DNA from: Eledone cirrhosa
Taxonomy: Eukaryota
DNA length: 64,000 nucleotides
Assembly: GCA_964016885.1 (NCBI GenBank)
Contig: OZ024742.1
Coordinates: 200,694,001 to 200,758,000 of the forward strand
Direction of reading: 5' to 3'
Both the position numbers and the translations under genes were made by a program. Position 1 is the first letter of the stretch, and each line of letters starts with the position of its first letter. Below are positions 13,825 to 25,977 of the stretch, piece by piece. Below the pieces are notes generated by a model. That model saw nothing but the letters and a program-made list of their open reading frames with translations. It ran no database searches and was not told the origin of the DNA.

Positions 13825-14244
13825 GTATATATATACATACATATATATATACATGTGTATGTGAGTTTGTGTGCGTGTGTATATACCTGTATTTATGTAT
13901 ATATGCCTAGATGTATATGCGAGTGTACAGTCGGAGTGAGAGCATGAGATGGCAGGATGAAAGAGAGAAAGGGAAAGAGAGAGAGAGAGAGAAGAAAGTA
14001 TGGATGTGTACCTGGTAGATAGTTATATCGATTCATAGATAAAAGATGATTTCCGTCCGAAATTTATGTATCCAGCTATTCAACTCTCCCCCTCTATACT
14101 TTTTATCATACCACGTCCACCCCTTTAATATATGTTCCTGGTAGCTATATCAAAATATATGGACTGAGAATATATGTGAAATTGAAAGGAAAAGAAGAGG
14201 AAGAAGGAGAAGAAGAGAAAGAAGATGATGGTGATTATGATAAT

Positions 14245-14455
14245 GCTTTCTGATTTAGGCTCAAGGCCAACAATGTTTTGGGGAAATGGAAAGTCGATTA
14301 AATCGACCTCAGTGCAATACTGGTACTTTATTTTATTGATCCTGTAAGGATGAAAGACAAAGCTAATGTCGGCGGGATTTGAACCCAGAATGTAAAGGGC
14401 CGTAACTCTATGTCACTAAGCATGTTGTCCGACGCTCTACCGATTCTGTCAATCT
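14245..14455 (-). mobile_element. SINE family 1
   Basis: Consensus match. Confidence 0.75.
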
Positions 14456-14517
14456 ACTATGATAATGATAGAAGATGATGGTGATAAAGATAATAATGAT
14501 GATGGTGATGATGAGGT

Positions 14518-14552
<35 letters not shown>

Positions 14553-15233
14553 TAGTAGAAGAAGAAGAAGAAGAAGAAGAAGAAGAAGAAGAAGACTGCC
14601 ACAAACGAGACCAGACTACCAAACTTTATACTGGTTTCCAGAAGGCAAATAAAAAATGAAAAAAAATGAAAGAAAAGCGAGGAAGACTTAAACTGAATAA
14701 GCATCAGAACATTGTTGAATATCTACAACTGGTGAATAAGGAATGGGAGGAATTCTATGTCATCACCGGGTATAGGAAAAACTGGATTGACCTGACTGCC
14801 TCCTACGTCTCAAATACCATAGAGGCGTTTAACTCGAGAGAGTGAAGGTGAGGGTGCGGCGGGGAGAGCGAGAGAGGGAGAGAGAGCCAGAAGGTGTGTG
14901 TGTAAGTGCGAGAGAGAAAGAAAGAGAGGGAGAGAGAGAGGGGGGGGGAGAAAGAAGTACGCAGGGTACTGGATAGGTATTTCATTTACGGACTTCGAAA
15001 GAGGAAAGTCAAAATTAACTTCGGTAGGATTAGATCTCAAATTGCAGATGGTAGGAAAGAATACTGCAAAGGATTGCCCCCAATGTTCATTTGAATCTGC
15101 AACTTATATATATATATATATATATATACGTCTATATATTATATATATGCTGCATTTTTATATATATATATTGCAGAGTATAAAAGTTTTTAATATAGAT
15201 GAGATTCTGTTTCATTCTTTAGAATATATATAT

Positions 15234-15425
15234 ATATAGATGAGATTCTACAGGACTAGAACTGTTTCATTCATTAGAAATCATCAGGAATCAGATTCCT
15301 GATGATTTCTAATGAATGAAACAGTTCTAGTCCTGTAGAATCTCATCTATATTAAAACTGTTATACTCTGCTATGTATTGAGTACCTTACTTACTGTGGT
15401 TACCTCCGATTCAACCCGGAATAAC
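15234..15425. ncRNA. Head-to-head palindromic pair of type I hammerheads, family B (15244-15292 minus; 15293-15343 plus)
   Basis: AGAUUC-CUGAUGA-uUUC-UAAU-GAAu-GAAA-CAG-UUCUAGUC-CUG-UA^GAAUCU; perfect 59-bp arms around position 15293. Confidence 0.85.
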
Positions 15426-15469
<44 letters not shown>

Positions 15470-15471
<2 letters not shown>

Positions 15472-15513
15472 CCGTACTAAGAGTGGGAAATGAAATTTCG
15501 TTTCATTTTTTCT

Positions 15514-15553
<40 letters not shown>

Positions 15554-15962
15554 GGAAAAAATGAAACGAAATTTCATTTCCCACTCTTAGTACGGCTGTT
15601 ACTTAAAAATAAGTATGTACACGTACATACATATATGTATACAGACGTACAGTAGTATGTATATATATATACATACATGCACACATATATATATATTTAC
15701 GTATGGATTCACCGAACATTTATTATAATGTTCGGTGTGTTTGTAAACAAACATCCCGAATTAAGCCGTACAGTGTCTAGCAACCATCGTTGCTCATTTG
15801 TTCAGCACTGACAAAGGAACGCTGTACTAGTTTCAAGCTTATTAGCTATCGTCAGCAACGCATACCTTCCTGCCATATATGTATGTACGTATACATACTT
15901 ATATTTAAGTAACAGCCGTACTAAGAGTGAAAAATGAAATTTCGTTTCATTTTTTCCCTTTA
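15470..15962 (-). mobile_element. Family A dispersed copy (HHR 15819-15861, minus) with inverted terminal fragments on both sides
   Basis: GCGUUG-CUGACGA-UAGCUAAUAAGCUU-GAAACUAGUA^CAGCGU; ends GAAATTTCGTTTCATTTTTTC..TTTA abutting (TA)n. Confidence 0.8.
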
Positions 15963-17404
15963 TATATATATATCTGTTAGAACACGAAAAGTGTGAAACA
16001 ACAGAATGTTCACTTTTCGTGTTCTAACATATATGCCTAGCTTCTTTAAAAATTTTTCGGGGATAGCCGTGGTGGTGGTGATCGTATGTCATTGGCTAAT
16101 TTTCAACCAATCAGAGTACCTCTCTCTATATCTCTTCCACTGTTACTTACGCCTGTTTCTCTCTATCTGTTCCGTCTCTATATATATCTCTTACTCTTTC
16201 GCTTTGCACTCCTCCCCTTCAATACCATCTCTCCCCCTCTCTATATATTTGTTACTCTATCGCTGCACGCTCCTCTCCTTCAATATATCAATTACACACG
16301 CTTTACACTCCTTTATCCCCAGCGCCCCTATATATACACCCCCCCTCCCCCGCATCTATATTTTAATGTACCGTTGCACCGTGAATATATGTGTCTATAT
16401 ATATATACATATATATTGTATATACACATTCATGTATGTGTATACACACTCATGTATGTATATACACTGGTTTTATGTGTGTATTGTAAATTTGTACTGT
16501 TAAAACACGAAACTAACATTCGATTGACACTTTGATTACCTGTACAGGCAATAGTTATTAGAATGCTGTTGAAGTGTGTATATATTTTTGGGGGACATCC
16601 TGTATATACACACATTATATATAATACAATAAACAGATAAATACACACATATATATATGAGCTTATTTAATTATAAATATTGTGAATTTTTAACTCAGTT
16701 CAATTATATATATAAATGGCTTCTACAGGACTAGAACTGTTTCATTCGAAAGAAATCATCATAATATTGAGAGGGGGGAGTAGATAAAATATTTCAAATC
16801 AAATGTGTATAAGTTATAAGTTAAAATGTATAAATAGAGACGATAGTGGAGGTATATCTGTTTAGTGGAACAGTAGACGATAGAATTAAATACCGACGAT
16901 AATCTCCCTTTAATGAAACAGCAGACGATAGAATTAAGGCAATTTAAATTTTAAGCATTTGCATTTTTGCCTTTCATCGTTACGGGGTCGATAAAATAAA
17001 GTACCAGTAATACACTGTCACTAGACGACTTTCAAATTGAATTGTTGGTTCCATTTCTTTAGTATTTTCAATTGTAGTTATCTACTTAAAAAGCGTTACA
17101 CGGTTAGAGACATAATTCGTAAGTTATATCTTCCCTATTAAACCATTGCATTATTTCGCCTACAATAGAACAAAAATGAAATGTTCTTTAAAGAAACAGG
17201 AATATAACTTTATAAAAAAAAAAGTTGCATCCGCTTCTTTTATCATTGATAATTTTTTCGTTTTAATATTAATTGTTTTTTGTAGTTGTTTATATTAAAA
17301 ATCTTACTGTAATATTTACTTAAACGAAGGCAAACATCTAAACTTATAGATTAATCTTGAGCGAAGGACTAGATAAATCTCTCTCTCTCTCTCTCTCTCT
17401 CTCC

Positions 17405-17456
<52 letters not shown>

Positions 17457-17844
17457 GAAGAATGATAAAATTTCAAGCAAAGAGTTTAATTAGGTATATT
17501 TTGTAATATTATTAACTAATTATTATAATTAACGCGCATATTTTGCTATCCTCAAACACGTTTACACATGGCATGAAATATAACTAATCCGAGATGGCTA
17601 GGTTTCATCTTCTAACTGGATATACGAAATCCATTATGTCTTGACAACAACATGAGGTAACATTATGTTATTCACAGACACACTTTGTACACTGTTCCAT
17701 ATCAGAATGTATTTCCTTCGTCACATTCACAAACAGTATTGAAAATATGTTCTTCGGCAAATAAAAATGTTTTGTTCATAATATTTCAACTAGCGATTGC
17801 TCTACTCCACGCACGACCACCATAAATTAATGACCAGCTCAACA

Positions 17845-18020
17845 CAAGTATTGGTAGAGCGTCAGACACCATGCTTTGCAGTATTGTTATGGTCCTTTGC
17901 ATTCTAAGTTCAAATCCTGCCGAGGTTAACTTCGACTTTCATACTTACTAATTCGATAAAATAAAGTACCAGTAATGGACTGCCGTAATGGATTTGTGCC
18001 GAAAAATAGAAACACTATTA
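17845..18020 (+). mobile_element. SINE family 1
   Basis: Consensus match. Confidence 0.7.
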
Positions 18021-18570
18021 ATGTGCAATAAGAGCAAAATATAACGACATTGCTCAATTATTTTATCTAATGTTGTAATAACACAAGGAAATGTTGTTTG
18101 TGTATTTTTTTTTATATTTGCTCATAGGCTTTTACAATTTCGCTCAGCCAACAACTATTAAAAAGTGAGTTGCTTAAGATAACAATTTAATCACAAATTG
18201 TTGCTATCTTTTAATACACTCCAACAAGTCATCAAATTATGTACAATAAAAACAAATCTTATTAATTTGCTCAGGGAATATAAAGAAAATGTATATACAC
18301 TGATAATTGCAATTGTATGTAAATATTTTGTTTTTGTATTGTATATTTTATGTTTTCTATTATGTATAATATATTGATTTAATATTGATTGTTTTTTGTA
18401 GTTGTTTATATTAAAAGTCTGAAAATATTTTTATACATCTTACACTAATATTTATAAGATAATTTATAATAACAATTACATAATCTAATTACATTACAAC
18501 GATAATTTATTATTAATATATATCCTGTTTAACTAGAGTTATTACAAGCGTTGCCTTAAAAAAATATTAA

Positions 18571-19527
18571 ACTAGACATGAAAAATGCGCAAGCTCAAAA
18601 GTGCCACAGAATGTTATAATAAACCTTCAAAAGTGTGGGACTAGAGTTGTTGCTAAAAAATATTGTAATCATTATATATCGTACATTCTGTGGCATCCTT
18701 TATAAAAATAGCTTAAACCAACGAAGCCTTTATTTTTACGCTATTTCACTTAGTTAATTCTTAGAGTGTAACATATAAAAATAAATACATCTATGTTTAA
18801 TGTAATAACAGCTATAAATAATTACGTAATATTATTATCATATACTCATAGTAACAAAATAATTGTGTTGAAACTTAATATGATGCTTATATGAACGATC
18901 AAATCTATAATGATAATTTCTTAAATATACTAATAGTAAACTAATTTAGTTATCTATTGTTACATTTTCATAGAACTATAATATTAACAATCGTATTGCA
19001 TTATCAAATTTTTATCACTACAAACTTTCATATTGGAATTACCTTAAGCCACTTATTATTACTTCGCTTTCGTACTTTTACAGCTGTAGATATTGCGCTG
19101 TATCTTATATCTAATATCAATATCTCGTGGTAATTTGCATGAAGTGTAAAATAGGTTTATTAATAACTTTAATATGAAATGTATTATACAGGGCTGCGGA
19201 GTCGGCCAAAAATTGACTGGCTCCAACTCAGGATCCGATACTCCATTATTTCCTAAATTTCAGCTCCGCAGCTCTGTTATTATATTAATTAATTTATTTT
19301 ATAGTTGTAAATCATATTTTTATATGTTACACTCTAAGAATTAACTAAGTGAAATAGCGTAAAAATAAAGGCTTCGTTGGTTTAAGCTATTTTTATAAAG
19401 GATGCCACAGAATGTACGATATATAATGATTACAATATTTTTTAGCAACAACTCTAGTCCCACACTTTTGAAGGTTTATTATAACATTCTGTGGCACTTT
19501 TGAGCTTGCGCATTTTTCATGTCTAGT
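18571..19527. repeat. 213-bp inverted repeat (18571-18783 / 19315-19527) around a ~530-bp AT-rich spacer
   Basis: Arms read as exact reverse complements (ACTAGACATG... / ...CATGTCTAGT). Confidence 0.9.
19189..19276. mobile_element. 88-bp hAT-type MITE
   Basis: TIR CAGGGCTGCGGAG / CTCCGCAGCTCTG; near-identical 8-bp flanks GTATTATA / TTATTATA (hAT-size TSD). Confidence 0.7.
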
Positions 19528-19747
19528 ATATATATATATCCACGTGCTATTGAAATGATGGATAAACATTCTATGGCTCTTGATCACGAATAAATGGCTA
19601 TCGTTTATTTATCTATTATTTCTTCACAGGTGCCTTTTAATCTTATAGCGTGGTTTAATTGTTTTTTTTTTGTGTAGTTGATTATTCTAATTGGGAGAGG
19701 AAATTGAGTATATATCTTATCAAATGATTTTAAGGACATAATTTATA

Positions 19748-19791
<44 letters not shown>

Positions 19792-19820
19792 ACCTCTGCC
19801 GTCGGGGTTAAACATTTTCC

Positions 19821-19881
<61 letters not shown>

Positions 19882-19910
19882 ACCTCTGCCGTCGGGGTTA
19901 AACATTTTCC

Positions 19911-19962
<52 letters not shown>

Positions 19963-20029
19963 GTATGTTTTGAAAACAGTGTGCGAGTTTGAAAATTAGA
20001 AATATAAGCTTTCCACGTATTTTTTGACT

Positions 20030-20258
20030 AAATAAATTTTAGCCTGATAGTGGGGTTTAGAACCCTCAGGGAAATGGAAAAAGATGAGTATTGACGTACA
20101 TGTGCGTCAATACTCATCTTTTTCCATTTCTCTGAGGGTTCTAAACCCCACTATTTCTCTGAGGGTTCTAAACCCCATTTCTCCGAGGGTTCTAAGCCCC
20201 ACTATCAGGCTAAAATTTCTTTAGTAAAAAAAATATGGTGAAAGCTTATATTTCTAAC
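20030..20258. repeat. Fold-back element; the same family forms a palindrome at about 32780-32995
   Basis: AGCCTGATAGTGGGG...ATGAGTATTGACGTAC followed by its reverse complement; internal short tandem duplications. Confidence 0.8.
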
Positions 20259-20771
20259 ATATATATATATATATATATTTGTGTACCTCTCATTATTGTA
20301 TATATATACATATATATATATTCTAGCATTTACATATGTTTCATTGTGGTAGGCCAATGACAACGGTTAAGCATAATAGAAGTGTATATAAAAATATACA
20401 TAATATGTTTATATGCAATGAACATATGGGTAGCCTCGCTGCCAAAGAAAAATATATTTTCGTAACGAAAAAAAAAAAAGAAGAAATTTTCTCTATTTTT
20501 CTATTTTAATATATCAGACTTGCCAGTAGATTTTGAGAATGTCATACAGCGCTGTTTCAAGATTAAATAATTGACCATCTGTGACACTCACTCAAAATCG
20601 TATTGGCATGAAATAGACGATAGTCTATATGGTATTTTGCGTGATGATCACTTGCTAGATATGGTCATTTGCATATATCACTGAAAACATCGGCTGGTAA
20701 TGGTCATTTGCATATAGTGCGAAATTGGCTGGTATATTTAATTGGTGGTAGCACTAAGACAACGTTCAAGC

Positions 20772-20805
<34 letters not shown>

Positions 20806-21735
20806 AAAAAAGTACTAGTCCAGCTTAGAGTTCTCGAAAGTATGAAGATGGGAATTACACCTCGTCTTAAATCTATTCGATGAAGGGAGATATGACAGTG
20901 CAGGAATAAATAATATTCGAAACAAGACAATTTCTCTTAAGAGGGCATTTAAGGGTAAATTTTCAAACTCGATGTTAAGATAGAGTTATTTATGCTTAAG
21001 TATATGTAACTTTCTCCCTTCTATTCAAATATGTGGTGCTTATTCGTTGATAACACTTAAATCTATATTGGATTTTTACTTTACTGATTATATTTACTCA
21101 ACATTAATTCCTTTGTATGGTCTGATTAATAATTATAAGACTTCAATCTATATTTGATCTTTATTTTGCTGAGTATACTTATTCAACATTATTACCTTTG
21201 AATGGTTTGAAAAATAATAATTTATTTTTATGACTGAATTACGTAGTCAAACCTTTTATATCCATTATTAAAAATATCTTTTGGAGATATATTTTTATAT
21301 TTTAAAATGTATATTTCAACTGCACACCTGCTCTTATCAACTTCATAAATTATTTTAATGCTTATAATATCTGTTTATTTACTGATTATGATATATGTCT
21401 TGCACTATACTTAACCTTTCTGTAGCAGCATGTTTCTGTATAGCAGCATTTTTTTAAATTATTAAAATTTTCTAATATTTAATTTTTAAGGCTTTTATTG
21501 CATTTATATGCTCATATTTTTCATATGCTTCTTCCTCCTTTGCTATCTTTTCTTATATAAATGGTGATACTTATGCTTACTTCTCATATTATGTATCCTC
21601 CTAATGTTCTTATGACCAACTTCTGATATTATATTTGTGTTTTAATCTTTATTATATGCTCTGATGGCTCAGCTTTGTGTTAGGCTGAAACGATCGTAAG
21701 TGATTAAATGTTTGAAACACTCTTTGATTGTTATT

Positions 21736-21798
<63 letters not shown>

Positions 21799-22014
21799 AG
21801 TGTGTACAGAGGGAGAGAGAGAGAGGATGAAACAGCGCTGGGAAAATGAGATGGAAAGAGTGTGGTTGGCAGAAATAAGGGAGATAGTGTATATTAACAA
21901 TTACACCACCATCATCACCATTATCATTACAGAAGTGTACATATAGATAGTGACGTGTGCTGGTGCCACGCACACATGGCTCACATACATACACTTCAAA
22001 CTCCATACATACAG

Positions 22015-22065
<51 letters not shown>

Positions 22066-22164
22066 GTTTTGCTACCAACTCAAATCTTTGTACATTACCT
22101 TATCTCCCTATCATATCTTTATAGACTTCACAGTGGCTGGCTGGCTTGTAACATCTGTTCACTA

Positions 22165-22219
<55 letters not shown>

Positions 22220-22220
22220 A

Positions 22221-22298
<78 letters not shown>

Positions 22299-22300
22299 CG

Positions 22301-22380
<80 letters not shown>
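22165..22380. repeat. (TAC)n microsatellite; also (TAG)n at 52450-52532, (GAT/GAA)n at 14460-14595 and (GAA)n at 63911-64000
   Basis: Directly visible. Confidence 0.95.
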
Positions 22381-22381
<1 letters not shown>

Positions 22382-22830
22382 AATACACACACGTGTATGT
22401 ATATATATATATACACATACACACGTGTATGTATGTATATATATACACATACACACACACATATATATATATATATATACACACACACAAATATATTTGC
22501 TGTTATAGTAGCACGGTTGCTTGGTATACTCTACGTGTGAGTTCGAGCCCCACGGGTGAGGCTGCCCTCTTTTCCGCCCAGAGTCTTATATACCCAACTA
22601 TTTTCATAGAAAAAACGTGCGTTGAAGCCATTCATTTCACATTAACTTTAAATTAAAAATTTGTAATTTGCTTAACGTTTCTAAGAATAGTATTTATATA
22701 TAAACACCTAGTTTCCACTGAGACAAATTTAAGCTCGAATCCTAACGATTTCTCGCTTATGTATATGAGCTGCATACGAAGCTGTAGTGGGCTTCAATTG
22801 AAAAAATATAGCTTTGATAACCACGATCAA

Positions 22831-23345
22831 GCAGGGGCTTAAAAAAGTTCGTGTAAAAAACGATTTAAGTTATGTTGTTTATTTTTCAATATATGCTCCA
22901 TCTAGGTCAATACATTTCTGCAAGCGTTGATACCAGCCTTTAAGTCCATCTATGTAAAACTGGGGGCCATGCGATTTAAACCATGTCAAAGCAGCTTTTT
23001 TTACATCTTCAACTGTGGATCATATTCAACCTCATCTTTTCCACTTCTAACACCACTTAACCATTTGTAGGTTGTTGATTTCTTTGGGGCATTGCCCCCC
23101 ATAACCTTGACCCAGAGCGTCAATGATTTGGCTTCTTCCACTCTAGCTTCACTATAACTGTTTTGATGGAGGCCATGTTGCTTGAGAAGGTGCTGACTTC
23201 CGAGTAGTGGCGCTGCGTTGCAACATGAATTTAAGGGTTCATGTTAGAACACATTAGTAAGAGAATATACAGGTGCATTGAGATCAAAGTCCTTGCATAT
23301 GATCTTCAGCTATGTATTTTTTCCACAAACCTTTTGAAGCCCCCG

Positions 23346-23346
<1 letters not shown>
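22831..23346 (-). mobile_element. Internally deleted mariner transposon (Hsmar2/irritans-like)
   Basis: TIRs GGGGCTTAAAAAAGTTCGTG / CACAAACCTTTTGAAGCCCC; minus strand encodes GNAPKKSTTYKW and the C-terminus GWYQRLQKCIDLDGAYIEK*. Confidence 0.8.
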
Positions 23347-23414
<68 letters not shown>

Positions 23415-23434
23415 AAATATATATACATATATAT

Positions 23435-23480
<46 letters not shown>

Positions 23481-23485
23481 TATAA

Positions 23486-23606
<121 letters not shown>

Positions 23607-23674
23607 AATATATATATATAAATATATATATATAAATATATATATATAACGTTCAACTATCTGGCAGATGGGTA

Positions 23675-23719
23675 AACGGTGCTGATGATAGCTAACAAGC
23701 TTGAAACTAGTACATCGTT
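23675..23719 (+). ncRNA. Type I hammerhead ribozyme, family A unit 1 (identical at 24141-24185, 24607-24651 and 25073-25117)
   Basis: AACGGUG-CUGAUGA-uAGCU-AACA-AGCUu-GAAA-CUAG-UA^CAUCGUU; palindromic ACUAGU stem III; predicted cuts after 23712, 24178, 24644 and 25110. Confidence 0.88.
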
Positions 23720-24059
23720 CCTGTGTCAGTGTTGAACAAAAAGGTGACGTGGTTGCCTTAACACCGTATGGCATAAATTCAGGCTGCTCAGTTTGTTTAC
23801 AAACGAACAAAGCGACGTTAGCGCCGCTAAACTGATACGTGCATATATGTATGTGTACCTGTATGCATATGTATATATATATGTATATATATATATATAT
23901 GTGCATGCTACTGTACGTCTGTATACATATATGTATGTACGTATACATGCATACTTACATTTAAGTAAGTGCCATACTAAGAGTGAGAAATGAAATTTCG
24001 TTTTCATTTTGTTTCAATTTATCGTTTTCGGTATGCCTGACCGATTTAACTCACTCAAT

Positions 24060-24107
24060 ATGCAAATTAGGCTGCTCAGCCGTTAATTTTCATAAGGAAA
24101 GTATATA
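24060..24107 (+). promoter_or_regulatory. Putative internal snRNA-type promoter module (octamer, PSE-like stretch, TATA); repeated at 24526, 24992 and 44510
   Basis: ATGCAAAT at 24060-24067, CTCAGCCGTTAA at 24075, TATATA at 24102-24107, about 70 nt upstream of the HHR cut; the PSE assignment is speculative. Confidence 0.35.
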
Positions 24108-25417
24108 CTTTCGAACGTTCAACTATCTGGCAGATGGGTAAACGGTGCTGATGATAGCTAACAAGCTTGAAACTAGTACATCGTTCCTGTGTCAGTGTTG
24201 AACAAAAAGGTGACGTGGTTGCCTTAACACCGTATGGCATAAATTCAGGCAGTTCAGTTTGTTTACAAACGAACAAAGCGACGTTAGCGCCGCTAAACTG
24301 ATACGTGCATATATGTATGTGTACCTGTATGCATATGTATATATATATGTATATATATATATATATGTGCATGCTACTGTACGTCTGTATACATATATGT
24401 ATGTACGTATACATGCATACTTACATTTAAGTAAGTGCCATACTAAGAATGAGAAATGAAATTTCGTTTTCATTTTGTTTCAATTTATCGTTTTCGGTAT
24501 GCCTGACCGATTTAACTCACTCAATATGCAAATTAGGCTGCTCAGCCGTTAATTTTCATAAGGAAAGTATATACTTTCGAACGTTCAACTATCTGGCAGA
24601 TGGGTAAACGGTGCTGATGATAGCTAACAAGCTTGAAACTAGTACATCGTTCCTGTGTCAGTGTTGAACAAAAAGGTGACGTGGTTGCCTTAACACCGTA
24701 TGGCATAAATTCAGGCTGTTCAGTTTGTTTACAAACGAACAAAGCGACGTTAGCGCCGCTAAACTGATATGTGCATATATGTATGTGTACCTGTATGCAT
24801 ATGTATATATATATGTATATATATATATATATGTGCATGCTACTGTACGTCTGTATACATATATGTATGTACGTATACATGCATACTTACATTTAAGTAA
24901 GTGCCATACTAAGAGTGAGAAATGAAATTTCGTTTTCATTTTGTTTCAATTTATCGTTTTCGGTATGCCTGACCGATTTAACTCACTCAATATGCAAATT
25001 AGGCTGCTCAGCCGTTAATTTTCATAAGGAAAGTATATACTTTCGAACGTTCAACTATCTGGCAGATGGGTAAACGGTGCTGATGATAGCTAACAAGCTT
25101 GAAACTAGTACATCGTTCCTGTGTCAGTGTTGAACAAAAAGGTGACGTGGTTGCCTTAACACCGTATGGCATAAATTCAGGCTGTTCAGTTTGTTTACAA
25201 ACGAACAAACCGACGTTAGCGCCGCTAAACTGATACGTGCATATATGTATGTGTACCTGTATGCATATGTATATATATATGTATATATATATATATATGT
25301 GCATGCTACTGTACGTCTGTATACATATATGTATGTACGTATACATGCATACTTACATTTAAGTAAGTGCCATACTAAGAGTGAGAAATGAAATTTCGTT
25401 TTCATTTTGTTTCAATT

Positions 25418-25501
<84 letters not shown>

Positions 25502-25586
25502 AAAGTTCTATTTAAATTGTTGGGATACAACAAGCAAATATTTTTATAACTGATATAAAGCACTCGACAAGTATTTGGAGTAAATA

Positions 25587-25977
25587 TACGATATTAATAA
25601 ATGGAAACTATATTTATAAAACCATATTTATTTCATTATACATATTTCAAGTATACCATGTTAAATTATGGTATGCCTTCATCAGACAAAATACAATATA
25701 TACCAGTTTTATAAATAAACATTGACGTACCCTTTCAAAATGCAACCGTTACTTTTGGAAGACATCAGGATAGTCTGATGTCTTCCAAATATCATGATGT
25801 CTTCCAAAAGTAACGGTTGCATTTTGAAAGGGTACGTCAGTGTTTATTTATAAAACTGGTATATATTGTATTTTGTCTGATGAAGGCATACCATAATTTA
25901 ACAGGGTATCCTTGAAATATGTATAATGAAATAAATATGGTTTTATAAATATAGTTTCCATTTATTAATATCGTATA
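25587..25977. ncRNA. Fold-back element with two divergent family C hammerheads (25629-25693 minus; 25869-25933 plus)
   Basis: UAUUUUGU-CUGAUGA-AGGcAUACC...GGUAUcCUU-GAAA-UAUGUA-UA^AUGAAAUA; about 180-bp inverted arms. Confidence 0.75.

Larger units (their letters stand above)
23648..25420 (+). mobile_element. 3.8-unit tandem array of a 466-bp non-coding repeat (family A), one hammerhead per unit; candidate non-LTR retrozyme
   Basis: Exact 466-bp period with only a few SNPs between units; flanked on both sides by (TA)n; no credible ORF. Confidence 0.9.

Noticed and set aside
20041-20080. CUGAUAG...GAAA as a hammerhead (also at 32829)
   Set aside because: The core deviates from CUGANGA, and no stem III, NUH or stem I closure could be built
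23726-25405. Repeating 66-112 aa ORFs in the 466-bp array
   Set aside because: They recur only because the DNA is repeated, include microsatellite translation, and are not preserved in the diverged family A copies
23648-25420. CRISPR array or ordinary satellite interpretation
   Set aside because: No short repeat/unique spacer structure and a eukaryotic context; dispersed copies with fixed 3' ends and a ribozyme indicate a retro-mobilised element
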